Source: Octopus bimaculoides (Eukaryota). Taken from it: a stretch of 64,000 bases of DNA. Made by a program: the position numbers and the translations under genes. The stretch spans positions 23,978,057 through 24,042,056 of the forward strand of contig NC_068991.1 in the NCBI RefSeq assembly GCF_001194135.2, written 5' to 3'. The notes beneath the pieces were generated by a model that did not search any database, was not told the origin of the DNA, and was given only the letters and a program-made list of their open reading frames with translations. Positions within the stretch are counted from its first letter, which is position 1. Every line of letters starts with the position of its first letter. This document shows positions 61,930 through 64,000 of the stretch, piece by piece.

Positions 61930-62500
61930 GATATGTATGTACACTTTTTTGTGAGTATCACTGTAATATATGATAACAATTCCTAACAACTTGTTTATCG
62001 ATATATCATTGAATTCAGCTAATAACAGGCTAAATTGTCTATCTCCTATATCAGAAATCAAATCTCCATCAAAATATGGAGCTAGAATATTTCTCACAAT
62101 ATTTGAACATTTTGTACGATGCAACTCAACTTCACTTTGGACATAATATCATTATCAGACATAATTATTACATAACGCTATTAAGTGATCACAGCTATTA
62201 AACGATGAGTGACAACAAATAAACATTGCTAAATTTGCTTCAAGCATAGATGTTTTATCCTTTTTGGTTTTAATAAAATTGGTAAGAGGAATCATGTTGT
62301 GGAGTTGATGCCTTATGTTTCTTTGTTTCACAGTGGCTTACTAAAAGAGTGTATTTTACCAACATATTACTACAATAGCTGCAATGTGCTTTAGATTGGT
62401 CACTAGGTACTTCACACAACCACGTAGTAAACGCTGGAATCTTAAGCCATTCCTTTCGGAATTTTTGCTGGTACAACTTTGTTTTTTCTTTGCTCACTAT
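61930..62500 (-). mobile_element. hAT-type transposase N-terminal relic with zinc finger
   Basis: YQQKFRKEWL...WL......AHCSYC...L..H.ETKKH and HRTKCSNIVRNILAPYF...FSLLLAEFNDIS..KLLGIVI.YY. Confidence 0.75.
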
Positions 62501-62661
62501 AATGTAGTGGGAAGCAAGAAAAGAAATTGAGTGATAAATAAAAATATAAAACTGAAAACACAGCTGATCAGTTTGCCACTAACAATTCTTTCATTCGCCG
62601 TTAACAATTCTTATGTTTGCTGCTTACAAATTCTTGAGGTGAAGAATACTGATTCAGGATG

Positions 62662-63423
62662 CAGGGTGGCCAATTTATAAATGAAAAAGTAAAATCTGCA
62701 GAAATCCTAAAACTGTGTTCTGGTATAAACCTGGGAATATCATATTTCGCTTCCAATCTTACATTTAATATCTATTGGTAAAACCACAAATATAACTACA
62801 ATATTTGAAAAAAAAGTAAAAATATAAAGGGGGAGACGTTGCCACCCCCGTACTTCTACACACGATATATAATTCAAAACAAGCATGAACAGATACATGC
62901 CTATTCTAAAATAGTCAACCTGAAAGTAAATCAGTCAACCTGTCACGATAAAAACTCATCACTACAGAATAACGCATTGTCAGGTCGAATTTCCAAGCTT
63001 TCATTCGTTGCAAACATATTTACATTATTGTGCAGTGAGTTCAAGTGCTGACATGAGTTACCTTTTCTCTCTCCCCCACCAGCACCACTCTGTATTCAAG
63101 CGTGAGGAGGCGGTTGGAAAAGTTCATAACTTGATAAACTTCCTTTCGATAAACTTTCATTTGAAGTTTCATGAAAATGAAAGAAAAATTCAACACTAGC
63201 CGATGGTACTAAAATTTGGCTGTAAGATATTTTAACGAAAGTAGAAAAGGAGTAAAAAGAAGAAAAATGGGTAAAAATCGTAGAAGTGTCATGATCAGAG
63301 AAAAATGCTAAAACGTAAATAAAATTTTAAACTTTCTATTTTCCCTGCTAGATTCAAACATTTTCTGCTAAATGCTGAAAAAATGCTAGATCTAGCATAA
63401 AATATGCTAAATCAGCAACCCTG
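62662..63423. mobile_element. Possible hAT MITE with imperfect 15-bp TIRs
   Basis: CAGGGTGGCCAATTT and AAATCAGCAACCCTG; no 8-bp TSD. Confidence 0.4.
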
Positions 63424-63744
63424 TGTTTGTGATATACTGTAATACGTGCTGTCAGTATCGCGATATAATGTATGACCTCATTATGGCAGGGGTTGTGAAA
63501 AGTTAATTGATGAAAAATTAATTGCAATATATTGGTGCAATTAATTGATTGGAGTCGTACTGCCAATTAAATAATTGAGTGCTATAATATCAATTAATTA
63601 CAATTAATTACAGTCAATTGCAACATTGTCAGCGAAAGTTTTTCAAATGGCTCATACTTCATTCGACCTTCAATTGGCAAATACAGCGTTCTATTATTAT
63701 TTGAGGTATTGTGTCGACGCTTTGTTTTGACTGCTGAGAATTAT

Positions 63745-63985
63745 TCACATTCTGTCATGCTTAGGAATTGATTATTGTGTATGTTGTTAAGTGATGAATC
63801 TTGATTCAGACTGCTGAAAATTATACATATTCTATCATGCTTGGGAATTAGTTATTATGCTTATAACTAATTCCATGCTTGGAAATTAGTTACAAGCATG
63901 ATAGAATGATACACATTCTATCATGCTTGGGAATTAGTTATATTAGTTACTAATATAAGTTATTAGTAACTTGGGAATTAGCTAT
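63745..63985. repeat. Degenerate repeat cluster (CATTCTATCATGCTTGGGAATTAGTTA) with a perfect hairpin
   Basis: Four to five copies, one inverted. Confidence 0.8.
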
Positions 63986-64000
63986 TGTCAAATAACTGCT

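Overview
AT-rich, microsatellite-dense animal DNA with about 15 N-gaps. The tRNA-derived SINE families, (TTAGGG)n-type repeats and repeat landscape point to an octopus/coleoid cephalopod draft assembly (inference). The only host gene I can support is the 3' part of a + strand gene: five phase-compatible exons (3349-3686, 6930-7084, 11428-11591, 14991-15154, 16344-16387, AATAAA at 16411) giving 287 aa without a stop. The product looks like an N-glycosylated protein with a PAN/apple-like module followed by an uncharacterised ~170-aa invertebrate domain that may be a very distant fibrinogen-like fold. Its 5' end was not found. The rest is mostly decayed mobile DNA: SINEs, LINEs (RTE, CRE, R4/Dong, Tx1, CR1), a Gypsy gag-protease piece, mariner and hAT relics, and Helitrons. 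Most notable non-genic items: a 12 x 74-bp array repeating an E-box + CCAAT cassette upstream of the gene, an isolated 18S rRNA V4 fragment next to a Tx1 RT relic inside an intron, a Helitron derivative carrying an inverted-repeat-bounded telomeric-repeat module, a Helitron with two successive 3' termini, and several fold-back structures. Element boundaries are approximate unless a TSD or TIR is given; family names are from memory, not from a database search.
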